Source: Mobula hypostoma
Lineage: Eukaryota
Length of the DNA: 64,000 nucleotides
Reading direction: 5' to 3'
Assembly (NCBI RefSeq): GCF_963921235.1
Contig: NC_086097.1
Location: 191,334,001-191,398,000, forward strand
Shown here: one piece after another, positions 1 to 11,991 of the stretch
Position numbering within the stretch: the stretch's first letter is position 1
How the letters are laid out: every line of letters starts with the position of its first letter
Notes under the pieces: model-generated
Seen by the model: only the letters and a program-made list of their open reading frames with translations
Told to the model about the DNA's origin: nothing
Database searches by the model: none
Translations under genes and position numbers: made by a program

Positions 1-29
1 GGTTTATAGACATGCAACATTAAGTCAGG

Positions 30-198
30 ACTCTTGAACTCAATGCCTCAATGAAGGTGAGCACACCATGAAATTATGTGGCAACTTAGAGAGATCAATG
101 GATTTGGATCCCAAGGTTCTTCCACTCGTCCACACTGCTAAGAATCCTGCCATTAACCTTCTACTCTGCCTTCAAGATTGACCTTCCAAATGTATCAC
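30..198 (-). mobile_element. Degenerate CR1 LINE RT C-terminal fragment
   Basis: Resembles the other minus-strand CR1 copies in the window (e.g. 56400-56620). No ORF; boundaries approximate. Confidence 0.55.
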
Positions 199-459
199 TG
201 ACACAGAAGGGAACTACCAGTTGAGTTCCAGCTGACACTTCAAGTTTTGAAAGTTAATGGATTAATCTGATCGTCAAATGATCAATGTGAACATCTTCAG
301 CAATTTTCAAACCGAGAACTTGAGTGCATTCATTTGTTTCATCAAACTTTCTGTAAAATCACATTATATTTCCATCAAAATGTCCAATAGGTCATCAGTC
401 CAGGTATTGAATATATGAGATGGGAAAATATGTTTGAGTTATATATGATGATGGGGAGG

Positions 460-828
460 ATGCACCTGGGATATTGTGTAGATTTTTGGTCACCCTGTTT
501 TAGGGAAAATATTATTAAACTAGAAAGTGAAGAAAAGATTTACCAGGATCTGCTGTGAGCCTGGGGGCCTGAGTTACAAGGAGAGGTTGCATAGACTTCA
601 TTGCCCGGAACAGTGAGGAGCACAGACAGTGAAAGGACGTCATCCTTTTTCACATGGACAGGTGCTAATAAAAGGCAATCATTTTAAGATCAGAGGTGGG
701 AGATTTAAAAGGGAAATCAACGATAGCTTCTTTACATAAAGGGAGGTGCGTATTTAGCTATCAGAAATGATGGTTGAAGCAGGCATATTAGCAAAATTTA
801 AACATCATCTAGATAAGTACATGGACTG
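460..828 (+). mobile_element. Degenerate CR1 LINE 3' fragment
   Basis: Remnants of the HLEYCVQFWSP...RFTRM region and CR1 3' motifs (ctagataagtacatgga). Confidence 0.6.
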
Positions 829-2189
829 TTTAAAAAGAAAAAAAAGAACGTTGATCTATAAGCTATCACACATGGTTCAAAAATATTTGCAATACAAATC
901 ATTCACTGATATGTTTTAATTTTGAGATCTTAAAAATCAAAGGATAATTGAGTGAGGTTATGAAGCCAATGTTTTGATACAATAAAATATGAATATATAA
1001 ATGTGAAATGAAATAGTAATGTTTATTTCTCTGCAGACACTTGCACATTGGCACATTCCAAAAATATAGCATCAATTCTCTTTGCTGCTTCGGTAAGTGA
1101 CTATGTTTTATTTATGGAGAAACATGGATTAGAAAAGATTTTAAAGCTCAAAATTAGTGTTCCCAGTATTATCTTTCACAAAAGAAAAAAATACATCATA
1201 GAATGTGAGGTACCTTTACTCTTAAAGTAGTTATTGATGCAATGTAAAAGACATGACAGTCAATCTGCCAACACCATGATCCCATAAAGATACAGATACA
1301 TAATGTCTATTTTTAGTAATATAAGGTGAGAGCTAAATATCACTGGGATACTAAGGATAATTCCTATGCTGAAAAGTGTGGCTTGTAACCTAATAGCCAA
1401 TAAGAGCATCTTATCCAATGAACAGAACCCCCTAAGAGCAGTGTTTTTTATATATCATATCTCCTTTGACTTGAAGTCACAATGTTCTGTCACAGAGCAA
1501 AAGTACTACCAGTAGGACTGCAACTACTACATCTGTGTTGTCAAGCTAATGAATTAATCTGGAAAAGTAAGTGAAAATTTTCCACAGAGATCTAGGCAGT
1601 GATGTATGCAATTGATATAAAGTTCATGAACACCAAGAGTCAGGAATTATATTTACATTGGCTCAGCTCATGGCCATAAATTGCACAAATTCTGTGTAAA
1701 GCAGGAATAAGCCCATTTAATGCATCAAAAAAAGGGTGATAACCTTGGGAAAATTACAATGTTCACTAATCTCAGCAGCACATTCAGAGGAAGGGCCAGA
1801 AAAGAATGAAACGTTTGTTTGGTCATCCATCTGATGGCCTTTTAGCCAAACAGCATGCCTCATCAATCATTTCCACATCCTTTTTCTTGTTCACAGACTC
1901 AAGCCCTTCACAAGAAAATATAAGGCATTATACAAAGACTCTTGGCTGTGAGTCATGGCTGTGCACCTGGAGAGAAGGAAGACAAACAATGAGTGCCAGT
2001 TCTAGGAATGATTTGCAGCATAGGCATTGCTAAAGCTATATGCCTATGCCACAAGAAGTTACAGGAGCCCATCGGATAACAAGGTAACAAAGGATGTACA
2101 AATTTTCTTCCTTTTCTTTCTTTAGCACGACAACAGTCTTTTTAAAAATACTCTTTATTGCTAACTAACTGTTTATAAGGCATGATGCA

Positions 2190-4369
2190 AGGGGATTGGG
2201 AAAATCATGTTGGTGTCTGATCACAAGAGAGGGAATTTGTTGAATGCATACGAGATGGCTTTTTAGAGCAGCTTGTGCTTCAGCCTACTCAGGGAAAGGC
2301 TATTTTAGGTTGGGTGCTGGGTAATAACCCAGATTTTATTAGGGAGCTTAATTTAAAGGAAACCTTAAGAGGCAGTGATCATAATACAATTGAATTCATA
2401 CTGCAGTTTGAGAGGGAGAAGCATGAGTCGCATGTATCAGTATCGCTATGGAATAAAGAGAAACACAGAGCCATAAGAGAGGAGCTTGCCCAGGTGGATC
2501 GGAGGAGACTGGAGAAGATGACAGCAGAGCAGAGATGGCTGAAGTTTCAGGGAATAGTTCTCAAGACGCAGGATAGATATGTCCCACAGAAGAATTGTCA
2601 AATGGGAGGGGTAGGCAACTGTGGCTGACAAGGGAAGTTAAGGAGTGCATAAAAGCCAAGGAAAGGGCAGATAAGGTAGCAAAAGCGTGTGGGAAGTTGA
2701 TAATTGGGAAGCTTTTACAATCCAACAAAAGACACCTAAAAAAGCTATAAGAAAGGAAAAGATTAAATATGAGGGCAGACTAGCCAATAATATAAAGTAG
2801 GATACCATTATAGTTGCTGCCTGGCCTGCTGAGATCCCTCAGCATTAAGTATGTGTTGCTTGGATTTCCAGCATCTGCAGATTTTTTCTTGTTTGTGGCA
2901 AGATACCAGATGTTTTTTTCAGTTACATAAAGAGCACAAGAAAGATGAGAGTTGATATTGGACCATTGGAAAACAGTGCTGGTGAGGTAGTAATGGGGGA
3001 CAAAGAAATAGCAGATGAACTTAATTGGTACTTTGTATCTGTCTTCATTGTGGAAGACACGAGCAGTGTGCCAGAGGTCTGTGAGTATCACGGAGCAGGA
3101 GTGAGTGCCATTGCTCTTACAAAGGGAAAAGTGCTAGGCAACCTCAAAGTTCTTAAGGAGGATAAGTCACCTGGACCAAATGGACGACAATCCAGAGCCA
3201 TGAGAGAGGTTGCTGAAAAGATAAGGGATGCATTGGTTATGATCCTTCATGATTCACTTGATTTTAGCATGTTTCCAGAGGAGAAGAAGATTGAAAATAT
3301 CACTCCACTATTTAAGGAAGGAAGGAAGGTAAAAAAAAAAAGGAAATTATAGGCCAGTTAGCTTAACCTCAATGGTTGGGAAAGCATTGGTTTCTATCAA
3401 AAAGGATGATATTTTGGGGTACTTGGAGATTAATGATAAAATAAGTCAAAGTCAGCATGGTTTCTGTAAAGGAAAATACTGCCTGATAAAACTGTTCAAG
3501 TTCTTCGAGGTAGTAACAAGCAGGGTAAACAAAGGAGAGTCACTGGATGTCAATTACTTGGATTTTCAGAAGATGTTTGATAAGGTACCATATATGAGGC
3601 TGCTTAACAAGATAAAATCCAATAGAGTTACAGGAAAGATGCTGATATGGATAGAGGAATGGCTGACAGGCAGGGGGCAGTGAGTGGGAATAAAGGGGGT
3701 CTTTTCTGGTTGGCTGCCAGTGATTAGTGGTATTCCTCAGGGATCAGTATTGGGACCACTACTTTTCACATTGTTTGTCAGTGACTTAGATAATGGAATT
3801 GCTGGCTTTGTGGCAAGCTTTGCGGATGATACAAAGATAAGTAGAGGGGTAGGTAGTGCTGACGAAGCAATGGGATTGCAGAAGAACTTAGACAAATTGG
3901 ACCAATAGCAAAACAGTGGCAGATGGAATACAATGTTGGGAAATGTACGATAATACATTCCGGTAAAAGGAATAGTGCAGACTATTATCTAAATGGGGAG
4001 AAGAATAAAACATCAGAGGTGCAGAGAGACGTATAATCCTCATGCAAGGCTCCCAGAAGGTTAATTTACAGGTTGAGTCTGTGGTAAAGAAAGCAAATGC
4101 AAAATTGGCATTAATTTCAAGGATGTTAGAATATAAAAGCAAGGAGATAATACTGAGGCTTTATAAGACACTAGTCAGGATGCACTTGGAGTGTGGTCGG
4201 CAGCTTTGGTCTACATAACTCAGACAGGATGAGTTGTCATGGGAGAGAGTCCAGAGGAGGTTCACGAGGATGATTCAGGAATGAAGGGGTTAACTGATGA
4301 AGCGTGTTTGCCAGCTTAGGGCCTGTACTCACTGGAATTTAGAAGAATGTGGAGGGATCTCATTGAAAC
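2190..4369 (+). mobile_element. CR1 LINE ORF2 (endonuclease end + RT), decayed; 5' part of a copy that resumes at 6140
   Basis: ORF fragments carry GSDHN, KSPGPNG, QHGFCKGK, YLDFQKMFDKVP, GIPQGSVLGPLLF and FADDTK, with many stops and frameshifts. Confidence 0.92.
2808..2901 (+). mobile_element. Short Penelope-like terminal fragment inserted in CR1
   Basis: gctgcctggcctgctgag...gatttccagcatctgcag matches the ends at 32790-32840 and 54108-54175. Flanked by direct repeat GATACCA (2801-2807 / 2902-2908). Confidence 0.6.
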
Positions 4370-6131
4370 TGAGATCAATGAAACTATTATTATGGGGAAC
4401 AAGGAAATGGCAGACGAGTTGAACAGGTACTTTGGATCGGTCTTCACTAAGGAAGACACAAACAATCTCCCAGATGTAATAGTGGCCAAAGGACCAAGGG
4501 TAATGGATAAATTGAAGGAAATTTATATTAGGCAGGAAATGGTGCTGGATAGGCTGTTGGGTCTGAAGGCTGGTAAGTCCCCGGGACCTGATGGTCTGCA
4601 TCCCAGGGTACTTAAAGACAAGACTTTAGAAATCATGGACGCATTGGTAATCATTTTCCAATGTTCTATAGATTCAGGATCAGTTCCTGTGGATTGGCGG
4701 GTGGCTAATGTTGTCCCTCTCTTCAAGAAGGGAGGAAGAGAGAAAACAGGGAATTATAGACCGGTTAGCCTGACATCGGTGGTGGGAAAGATGCTGAAGT
4801 CAATTATAAAAGATGAAATTACGACACATCTGGATAGCAGTAACAGGATTGGTCCGAGTCAGCATGGATTTACGAAGGTGAAATCGTGCTCGACTAATCT
4901 TCTGGAATTTTTTGAGGACGTAACTATGAAAATGGACAAGGGAGAGCCAGTGGATGTAGTGTACCTGGACTTTCAGAAAGCCTTTGATAAAGTCCCACAT
5001 AGGAGATTAGTGGGCAAAATTAGGGCACATGGTATTGGGGGCAGAGTACTGACATGGATTGAAAATTGGCTGGCTGACAGAAAACAAAGAGTAGCAATTA
5101 ACGGGTCCCTTTCGGAACGGCAGGCGGTGACCAGCGGGGTACCGCAGGGTTCAGTGCTGGGACCGCAGCTGTTTACAATATATTTTAATGATTTAGATGA
5201 GGGAATTAAAAGTAACATTAGCAAATTTGCCAATGACACAAAGCTGGGTGGTAGTATGAAATATGAAAAGGATGTTATGAGATTGCAGGGTGACTTGGAC
5301 AGGCTGGGTAAGTGGGCAGATGCAGTTTAATGTGATAAATGTGAGGTTATCCACTTTGGTGGTAAGAACAGGAAGGCAGATTATTATCTAAATGGAGTCA
5401 AGTTAGGAAAAGGGAAAGCACAACGAGATCTAGGTGTTCTTGTACATCAGTCACTGAAAGCAAGCATGCAAGTACAGCAGGCAGTGAAAAAAGCTAATGG
5501 CATTATGGCCGTCATAACAAGGGGAATTGAGTACAAGAGCAAAGAGTCCTTCTGCAGCTGTACAGGGCCCTGGTGAGACCACAACTGGAGTACTGTGTGC
5601 AGTTTTGGTCTCCAAATTTGAGGAAGGACATTCTTGCTATTGAGGAAGTGCAGCGTAGGTTCACAAGGTTAATTCCCAGGATGACGGGACTGTCATATGT
5701 CAAAAAATTGGAGTGACTGTGCTTGTATACTCTGGAACTTAGAAGGCTGAGAGGGGATCTTATTGAAACATACAAGATTATTAAGGGATTTGGACATGCT
5801 GGAGGCAGGAAGCATGTTCCCGCTGATGAGTGAGTCCAGAACCAGAGGCCACAGTTTAAGAATAAGGGGTAGGCCATTTAGAATGGAGTTGAGGAAAACC
5901 TTTTTCCACCCAGAGAGTGGTGGATATATCGAATGCTATGCCCCAGAAGGCTGTGGAGGCCAAGTCTCTGGATGCTTTCAAGAAAGATGGCTAGAGCTCT
6001 TAAAGATAGCAGAATCAAAGGTTATGGGGATAAGGCAGGAACTGGATACTGACTGGATGATCAGCCATGATCACAGTGAATGGTGGTGCTGGCTCAAAGG
6101 GCTGAATGGCCTACTCCTGCACCTATTGTGT
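4370..6131 (+). mobile_element. Younger 5'-truncated CR1 LINE nested in the older CR1
   Basis: 327-aa RT ORF (NYRPVSLTS, YLDFQKAFDKVPH, GVPQGSVLGP, FANDTK), ctattgt-type tail, and direct repeat ATTGAAAC at 4362-4369 / 6132-6139. Confidence 0.92.
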
Positions 6132-6310
6132 ATTGAAACCTACCAATTGAAAGGACTAGATACGGTGGATGAGGAGAGGATATTTCCTATGTTGGGAGTA
6201 TCCAGAACCAGTGGGCACAGCTCCAAAATTGAGGAGTGACTTTTTAAGAACAGAGGTAAGGAGGAATTTGTTTATCGAGAGACTAGTAAGTCTGTGGAAT
6301 GCTCTGTGAC

Positions 6311-6837
6311 TGTCACAGTCCCGACTGTTAATTCCCTATTTGCTCCTAATTCTCCTTGATGCCAGCACACCTGGTTTCCATCAAGACCTGGAGCATAAGA
6401 ACCCCAGCATTACAACCACTAGTTGCCAGATTGTTGGTCTTGCCTGTGTGGCAATTAACATTTCCCAGCCACTTAGGACTGTGTTCTAAGTTTTGCTCCA
6501 GTACCGAGAATTACCTGTGAAACTCGGTCTCTCCATGTCAAGATCAGTTTTCTAAGTTCTACTCCAGTTCCAAGGTTTACCTGTGAAACCCAACCTCTCC
6601 GCTTCAAGGCAAGTCTTCTAAAGTTTTACTTCAGCACTGAGGTTTGCCTGCATAACTTGGTCTCTGTGCCAAGAGTTTTGTCTGCCGTTTCCTTTTCTAA
6701 GCTCTGTGTCAAGATAATTCTGCTTGCCTCCCGCATTCCTGCTCTCCCTCCAGTTGGCCGTTCACATCTGAATCCTAACTAAATCTCTGTGCCTGTGTCC
6801 TGCACTTGGGTTCGCCTCATTTGTTGCAAAAGTGACA
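6311..6837 (+). mobile_element. Solo LTR, Gypsy (Sushi-related)
   Basis: TGTCAC...GTGACA inverted termini interrupt CR1. 6793-6816 is the exact reverse complement of 7257-7280 in the neighbouring Gypsy LTR. No clean TSD. Confidence 0.8.
6484..6680. repeat. About three degenerate ~66-bp tandem units inside the solo LTR
   Basis: Recurring ttctaagtt(t/c)t..tccag...ttacctgtgaaac...ctctcc...tcaag unit. Confidence 0.75.
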
Positions 6838-7043
6838 GGCTGTGGTGAAGTCCAAAGTCTGTGGGTATATTTAAGGCAGGAGTTGATTGTTTACTGATCG
6901 GTCAGGGCATCAAAGGATATGGTGAGAAGGCAGGTGTATGGGGTTGAGTGGGATTTGGGATCAGCCATGATGTAATGGAGGAGCAGACTCAATGGGCTGA
7001 ATGGCCTAATTCTGCTCCTACATCTCATGATCTTATGGTTTTA

Positions 7044-7235
7044 TAAGACCCTAAGACACAGAAGCAGAATTAGGCTACTCAGTCCATCAAGTCAGCACCA
7101 CCGTTCCATAATAGCAATTTATTATCTCATTCAACCACATTCTCCAGCCTTTTCCTCTGTTACCTTTTGCATCCTGAGCAATCAAGAACCTATCAACATT
7201 CATTTTTTATGTACTCAAAGACTTGACCCCCATAG
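7044..7235 (-). mobile_element. 3' end of a minus-strand CR1 that resumes at 16974
   Basis: taagaccctaagacacagaagcagaattaggc is the reverse complement of a CR1 tail. It joins to ccagttgtggcaacgaattccacag after the Gypsy insertion. Confidence 0.85.
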
Positions 7236-7584
7236 TGTTGCAAGGATGTGGCTGGGGGCGAACCCAAGTGCAGGACACAGATGCTGAGGCAGAGTTGTTA
7301 GGCGTAGCACCACCACGAACAGGGAGCTGATATCCAGGAGACAATGCGAAGCTTAGAACTAACAGTTCTCAGGAATAGGAAACAAGGTTTACTCTCGCAA
7401 GAGTTGACCAACGAACTGGCAGCTTCTTGCTGTGGTCACAGGGTTTTTATCCTGCCATTTCTGATGGGAAGCAAGTGCGTGTAGCTGGTGGAACCTGGGG
7501 ATGATTGGAATCTAAATGGGGTGATTGAGGCCCAATTCTCAAGGCAATTGGCAAGGTGGGGGATTGCCAGGAGGGACCATGACA
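7236..7584 (-). repeat. 3' LTR of the Sushi-like element (349 bp)
   Basis: TGT...ACA ends. 7417-7584 matches 16801-16968 with 10 transitions in 168 nt. Confidence 0.93.
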
Positions 7585-7598
7585 GTATCCCCCCCCTC
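7585..7598 (-). promoter_or_regulatory. Polypurine tract of the Sushi-like element
   Basis: The minus strand has a G-run followed by ATAC immediately before the 3' LTR. Confidence 0.85.
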
Positions 7599-7599
7599 A

Positions 7600-10500
7600 A
7601 TGGGAGCCTCCAGGCAATCCTCCCGGCCTATCTGGATGGTCCCGATGAAAATCCTGTATGAGGGAAGGGTCTAGGATGAAGGAGCAGGGGACCCAGCAAC
7701 ACTTTTCTGGACCGTACCCTTCCCAGTCCACCAGGTATTGGAGACCCCTGCCCCGATGGCGCACATCTATTAGTCATCGGACGGTGTATGCCAGATGGTT
7801 GTGATGATATGGGCAGGTGGGGGAGTCTCGGCTGGGGGACACAGAGGGCTGATGGAAACTGGCTTTAACTGAGACACATGAAAGGTTGGGTGGATGCACA
7901 TGGAACTAGGCAGCTTTAGGCAGACCACTGTGGGATTGATTACTCTTTCAACCTTGAATGGTCCCAGAAAGCGAGGGGCGAGTTTTCTATGTTCGTTCTG
8001 GAGCGGGATGTCCTTGAAGGCCAGCCACACCATCTGCCCAGGTCAGTACTCCGGCACTGGAATGCAGGGTCAGGCGGCTGTCTTCTTATTTCGATTTGTT
8101 GATTTGAGTACGGCCGTGCATGTCTCCTCCCAAGTCTTAAGGCACCGATTAATATGGTCCTGAACCAACGGTACTGCAATCTCCTCTTCTTGCCTGGGGA
8201 GCAGTGGGGGCTGGTACCCAAGGGAGCACTCAAATGGAGACCTCCCAATGGCAGAGCTCACCAGAGAGTTGTGGGCGTACTCAACCCACGGGAGGTGGTC
8301 GCTCCAGGTCGATGGGTTGTTTGCCATTACGCAATGAAACATCGCCTCCAGGTCTTGGTTTGCCCGTTCTGTTTGCCCGTTGGTCTGTGGGTGGAAGCCA
8401 GATGACAGGCTGACCGATGTGCCCAAGGCTTGGCAGACCTTCCATAAACTGGGAGGCAAACTGGGGACCTCGATCAGAGATGACGTCCGTGGGGATTCCG
8501 TGGAGGCACAAGACGTGGCAGACGAGAAGATCAGCGGTTTCCTGAGGGGAAGGGGGTTTAGGGAGGGCCACAAGGTGCACTGCCTTAGAGAATTGATCTA
8601 CCACGGTGAGGACCATGGTGTTTCCGCAGGAAGGGGGTAGACCGGTGACGAAGTCTAGGGCGATGTGTGACCAGGGATGACCAGGGACAGGTAGAAGATG
8701 AAGATGACCCACAGATGATCGATGAGAGACCTTTCCCCAGGCACATATGGAACAAGCCAAGACACAAGAACGGGTGTCCCCCTCCATGGACAGCCATCAA
8801 AGGTGCTTCCTCAGGAGAGCCAGGTCCGATTACTCCCAGGGTGGCAGGCGAACTGGGATGTGTGCCCCCATTGGAGAACCTGAAACCTGACGGAGATGGG
8901 CACATACAGACGATTGCCGGGTCCATTCCTCGGGTCTGGGTCGTCCCGCTGGGCTTCCTTTACTTTAGCCTCTATCTCCCAAATGAGGGTGGCAATCACG
9001 CAGGATGTTGGGAGGATAGTCTCAGGACTGGAGGTGTCATCCTTGGGGTCATGCTGGCGGATAGTGCGTCCGGCTTCCCGTTCTTGGATCCTGGATGGTA
9101 CATGAGGGTAAACTTGAACCAACCAAAAAACAATGCCCAAGGGACCTGGTGGGAGTTCAATTGTTTGGCGGTCTGAATATATCCCAGGTTCTTATGATCA
9201 GTCCACACCGCAAACAGGTGTTCTGCCCTCTCCAACCAGTGCTTCCACTCTTCCAGTGCTAGTTTGACCACCAGCAGTTCCGGATTCCCCAGGTCGTAAT
9301 TCCGCTCGGCAGGGGACAGTCGGCGACAGTTGAAGGCACAGGGGTGAAGCTTTTCATCCGAACTTGCCCGTTGGGATAGGACCACTTCTACCCTGGAGTC
9401 AGAGGTGTCCACCTCAACGATGAATTGACGGGATGGGTCTGGATGGACCAGGATAGGAGTGGTGGTGAAACGCCTCTTCAGATCGCTGAATGCCGAGTCT
9501 GCTTCGGAGTCCCAGCAAAACAGTGTGGTAGGCGAGGTAAGCCAGGTAAGGGGGCCCGCAACTTAACTGTAGTCTCTGATGAATCTACGGTAGAAGTTTG
9601 CAAACTCCAGGAATCGTTGAAGTTGTTTACGTGTCGTGGGTCGAGGCCATTCTTCCACTGCCCGGATCTTCTCGGGGTCTGCTTTTACCTGCCCGCTTTC
9701 CATGATTTAGCCTGGGAAGCTGACCAAAGGAATGTGGAACTCGCATTTCTTTGCCTTAGCATATAACTGGTTTACTCATAGTCTCTGGAGGACTTGACGG
9801 ACATGGCGTACGTGTTCCTGGGGGCTGCTAGAAAATATCAGGATGTCGTCAAGGTAGACAAATACAAATCGATTGATAAAGTCCCTCAGTACGTCATTGA
9901 TCAGGGTTTGAAAAATGGCGGGAGCATTAGTGAGGCCAAACGGCATGACCAAATATTCAACGTGACCCAGAGGTGCATTGAAGGCCATCTCCCATTCATC
10001 CCCCTCCCTTATCCTGACTAAATGGTAGGCGTTGAAGGTCCGACTTCGAAAAGATAGTGGCTCCATGCAGTGGCTCAAAAGCCGAACTATTGAGTGGTAG
10101 AGGGTGCTTGTTCTTAACTGTTATGTTATTGAAGCCTCAGTGGTCGATACAAGGGCAAAGCGTCCCGTCCTTCTTTTCCACAAAAAAGAAACCGGTGCCT
10201 ACCGGGGAGGATGAAGGCCTGATAATGCCTGCCGCGAGGGACTCGCTAATGTATTTCTCCATTGCCTCTCTCTCTGGTCGGGATAGGTTAAAAAGGCAAT
10301 TGGTGGGTAGCGGGGCCCTGGGGAGAAGGTTGATGGCACAATCATATGGGCGGTGCGGAGGCAGGGAAAAGGCCCATTGTTTACTGAACACCTGTCCCAA
10401 GTCATGGTACTCTGGGGACGTGGGACAAGTTGAGGGGTTCCAACACAGGCGGGTTCGCCGTAGCCTCTCTGGGGGATGGGGCTGACCACAGACAGTTGGC

Positions 10501-10900
10501 ATGGCAAGAGGGACTCCATTTTGCTATCCTCCTGATAGGCCAGTTGATATGGGGATTGTGTTGGGTCAGCCATGGATACCCTAGAACCACCAGGGTATGA
10601 GGTGAATGAATGAGGCTGAATCTTACCTCCTCCCAATGGTTTCCGGATAGGATCAAGGTCAGGGGCGGCATACGGTGGGTCACCCGAGCCAGCAATTTTC
10701 CATCCAAGGCCCGGGCCTCCAGAGGGGTGGTTAGCGGCTCATGAGGTATTCCGGCCTGGACGGCTATCTCTTCGTCCAGCAGATTGCCCTCAGCACCAGA
10801 ATCCACCAAAGCAGATAGGGACAGGGACAGTTGTTGGTAATTCACAGTTGCCAGGATCTGCATCTGAGTCTGGTTTGCTGAAGGGAAGGTCGTTTGATTC
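7600..10900 (-). pseudogene. pol: pol: aspartic protease, RT, RNase H, integrase, chromodomain (frameshifted)
   Basis: [23 protein letters not shown] and [23 protein letters not shown] and [49 protein letters not shown]; chromodomain [17 protein letters not shown] at ~7640-7770. Confidence 0.93.
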
Positions 10901-11393
10901 AACAGGACAGTAGGAGTGGGATTTCTGTAAGGAACGGGGGAAGAGAGGGGTTAGTGCTGATAAAAGGTGGCAAGGTGGAACATGGGCTGACCCAAGGAGC
11001 GGGGCGACTGGGCTTTTCTCTCAGACGTTCCTGAAGTCGATAATCTAATCGAATGGCTAGCAATACCAACGAGTCCAGACAGTCTGTGTCATCCCTCGCG
11101 GCCAACTCATCCTTTATCTTGTCCGAGAGGCCCTGTCGGAACACCTCCCATAGGGCCTCGTCATTCCACCCAGAGTCTGTGACTAAGGTCCAGAACTCAA
11201 TGGCATGCTTGGCCACATTTCGTAAAGCTTGACGAAGAGTAAGCAACCGTTTCACAGCGTCCCTACCCCGAATGGACTGCTCGAATACTTTCCTTATTTC
11301 AGCAACAAAGGAGGAGGAGTAGGAGGAACAAATCTCTGGTCGGTTGTCCCATATCGCACTTGCCCAAGCCAAGGCATCCCCTCGTAGCAGCCC
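10899..11393 (-). pseudogene. gag: gag (Retrotrans_gag-like), 5'-truncated
   Basis: GLLRGDALAWASAIW...LLTLRQ...EFWTLVTDSGWNDEAL..F.QGLSDKIKDELA is typical of Sushi/Ty3 Gag. Confidence 0.88.
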
Positions 11394-11395
11394 CA

Positions 11396-11675
11396 GCTGG
11401 TAAATGCCTTTAACTGTCATGTGATGGAAAAGTATAGTGATTATACTCACATTTATATGGATGGTGCGAAGGAACCTGAAACAGGAGTGACAGGGTTTGG
11501 GGTGGTAATACCAGCAAAAGAAATTGGAATCAGCAGAAGAACATCTAATTAGTTAGGGGTGTTTACAGTGGAGATGCTGGCAGTGTTGGTTGCATTGCAA
11601 TGGGTGCAGAAAGCCAGACAAGCCAAAGCATTGATATGTTCAGATTCATCCTCAGTTCCAGCAAGTTTAAGGTCT
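11396..11675 (+). mobile_element. RNase H fragment of an I/Nimb-type LINE
   Basis: Manual translation gives HIYMDGAKEPETGVTGFGVVIP...VFTVEMLAVLVALQWV...ALICSDSSS, an RNase HI-like D-E-D pattern as in non-LTR elements. Confidence 0.85.
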
Positions 11676-11755
11676 CCTTCTCTTAGATTTTTTAGCATCA
11701 CAGAGCATATCAGATCTTTCCCTGGGGAGGTTGGTCTCAATCTCTTTATTGCTCT
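11676..11755 (-). mobile_element. I/Nimb-type LINE ORF2 fragment (start of RT), continuation of 15963-16800
   Basis: RAIKRLRPTSPGKDLICSVMLKNLREG joins in frame to ...DDPFTLAEMV once the inner Gypsy and one CTCT are removed. Confidence 0.85.
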
Positions 11756-11951
11756 TGTGGCGACCCACTTTTTGACACCCACGAACCGGCTCACGAAACA
11801 GCGCGCGCAGGCAGAGGGCGGGCAGTAAAAAGGGCGGGAACGGGAAGGCTAAAAAAGCAGGCCGCGAAGTTTGAATAAATCTCTTTCATCGCAACTCCAA
11901 CTCACCGACTCCGTGTGGTTATTCTAGCGCTGTGTGTAGCACATCGCTACA
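11756..11951 (+). repeat. 5' LTR (196 bp)
   Basis: TGTGGCG...CGCTACA ends with internal AATAAA. Differs from the 3' LTR by 7 substitutions and 1 indel. Confidence 0.97.
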
Positions 11952-11953
11952 AT

Positions 11954-11966
11954 TGGTGACCCCGAC
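11954..11966 (+). promoter_or_regulatory. Primer-binding site complementary to the tRNA-Trp 3' end
   Basis: TGGTGACCCCGAC lies 2 nt after the 5' LTR and matches the first 13 nt of the tRNA-Trp PBS of Rous sarcoma virus. Confidence 0.9.
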
Positions 11967-11991
11967 AGCCCAAACGATATTTGGACCAGAG

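Larger units (their letters stand above)
6140..7040 (+). mobile_element. 3' end of the older CR1, interrupted by a solo LTR
   Basis: Continues the sequence broken at 4369. Ends in gggctgaatggcctaattctgctcct plus a tcttatgg-type tail. Confidence 0.85.

Noticed and set aside
6484..6680. Regularly spaced repeats suggesting a CRISPR-like array
   Set aside because: Whole units are homologous with no unique spacers, they lie inside an LTR, and there are no cas genes.
7894..10485. Many + strand ORFs of 70-170 aa
   Set aside because: Shadow frames antisense to the GC-rich Gypsy pol.
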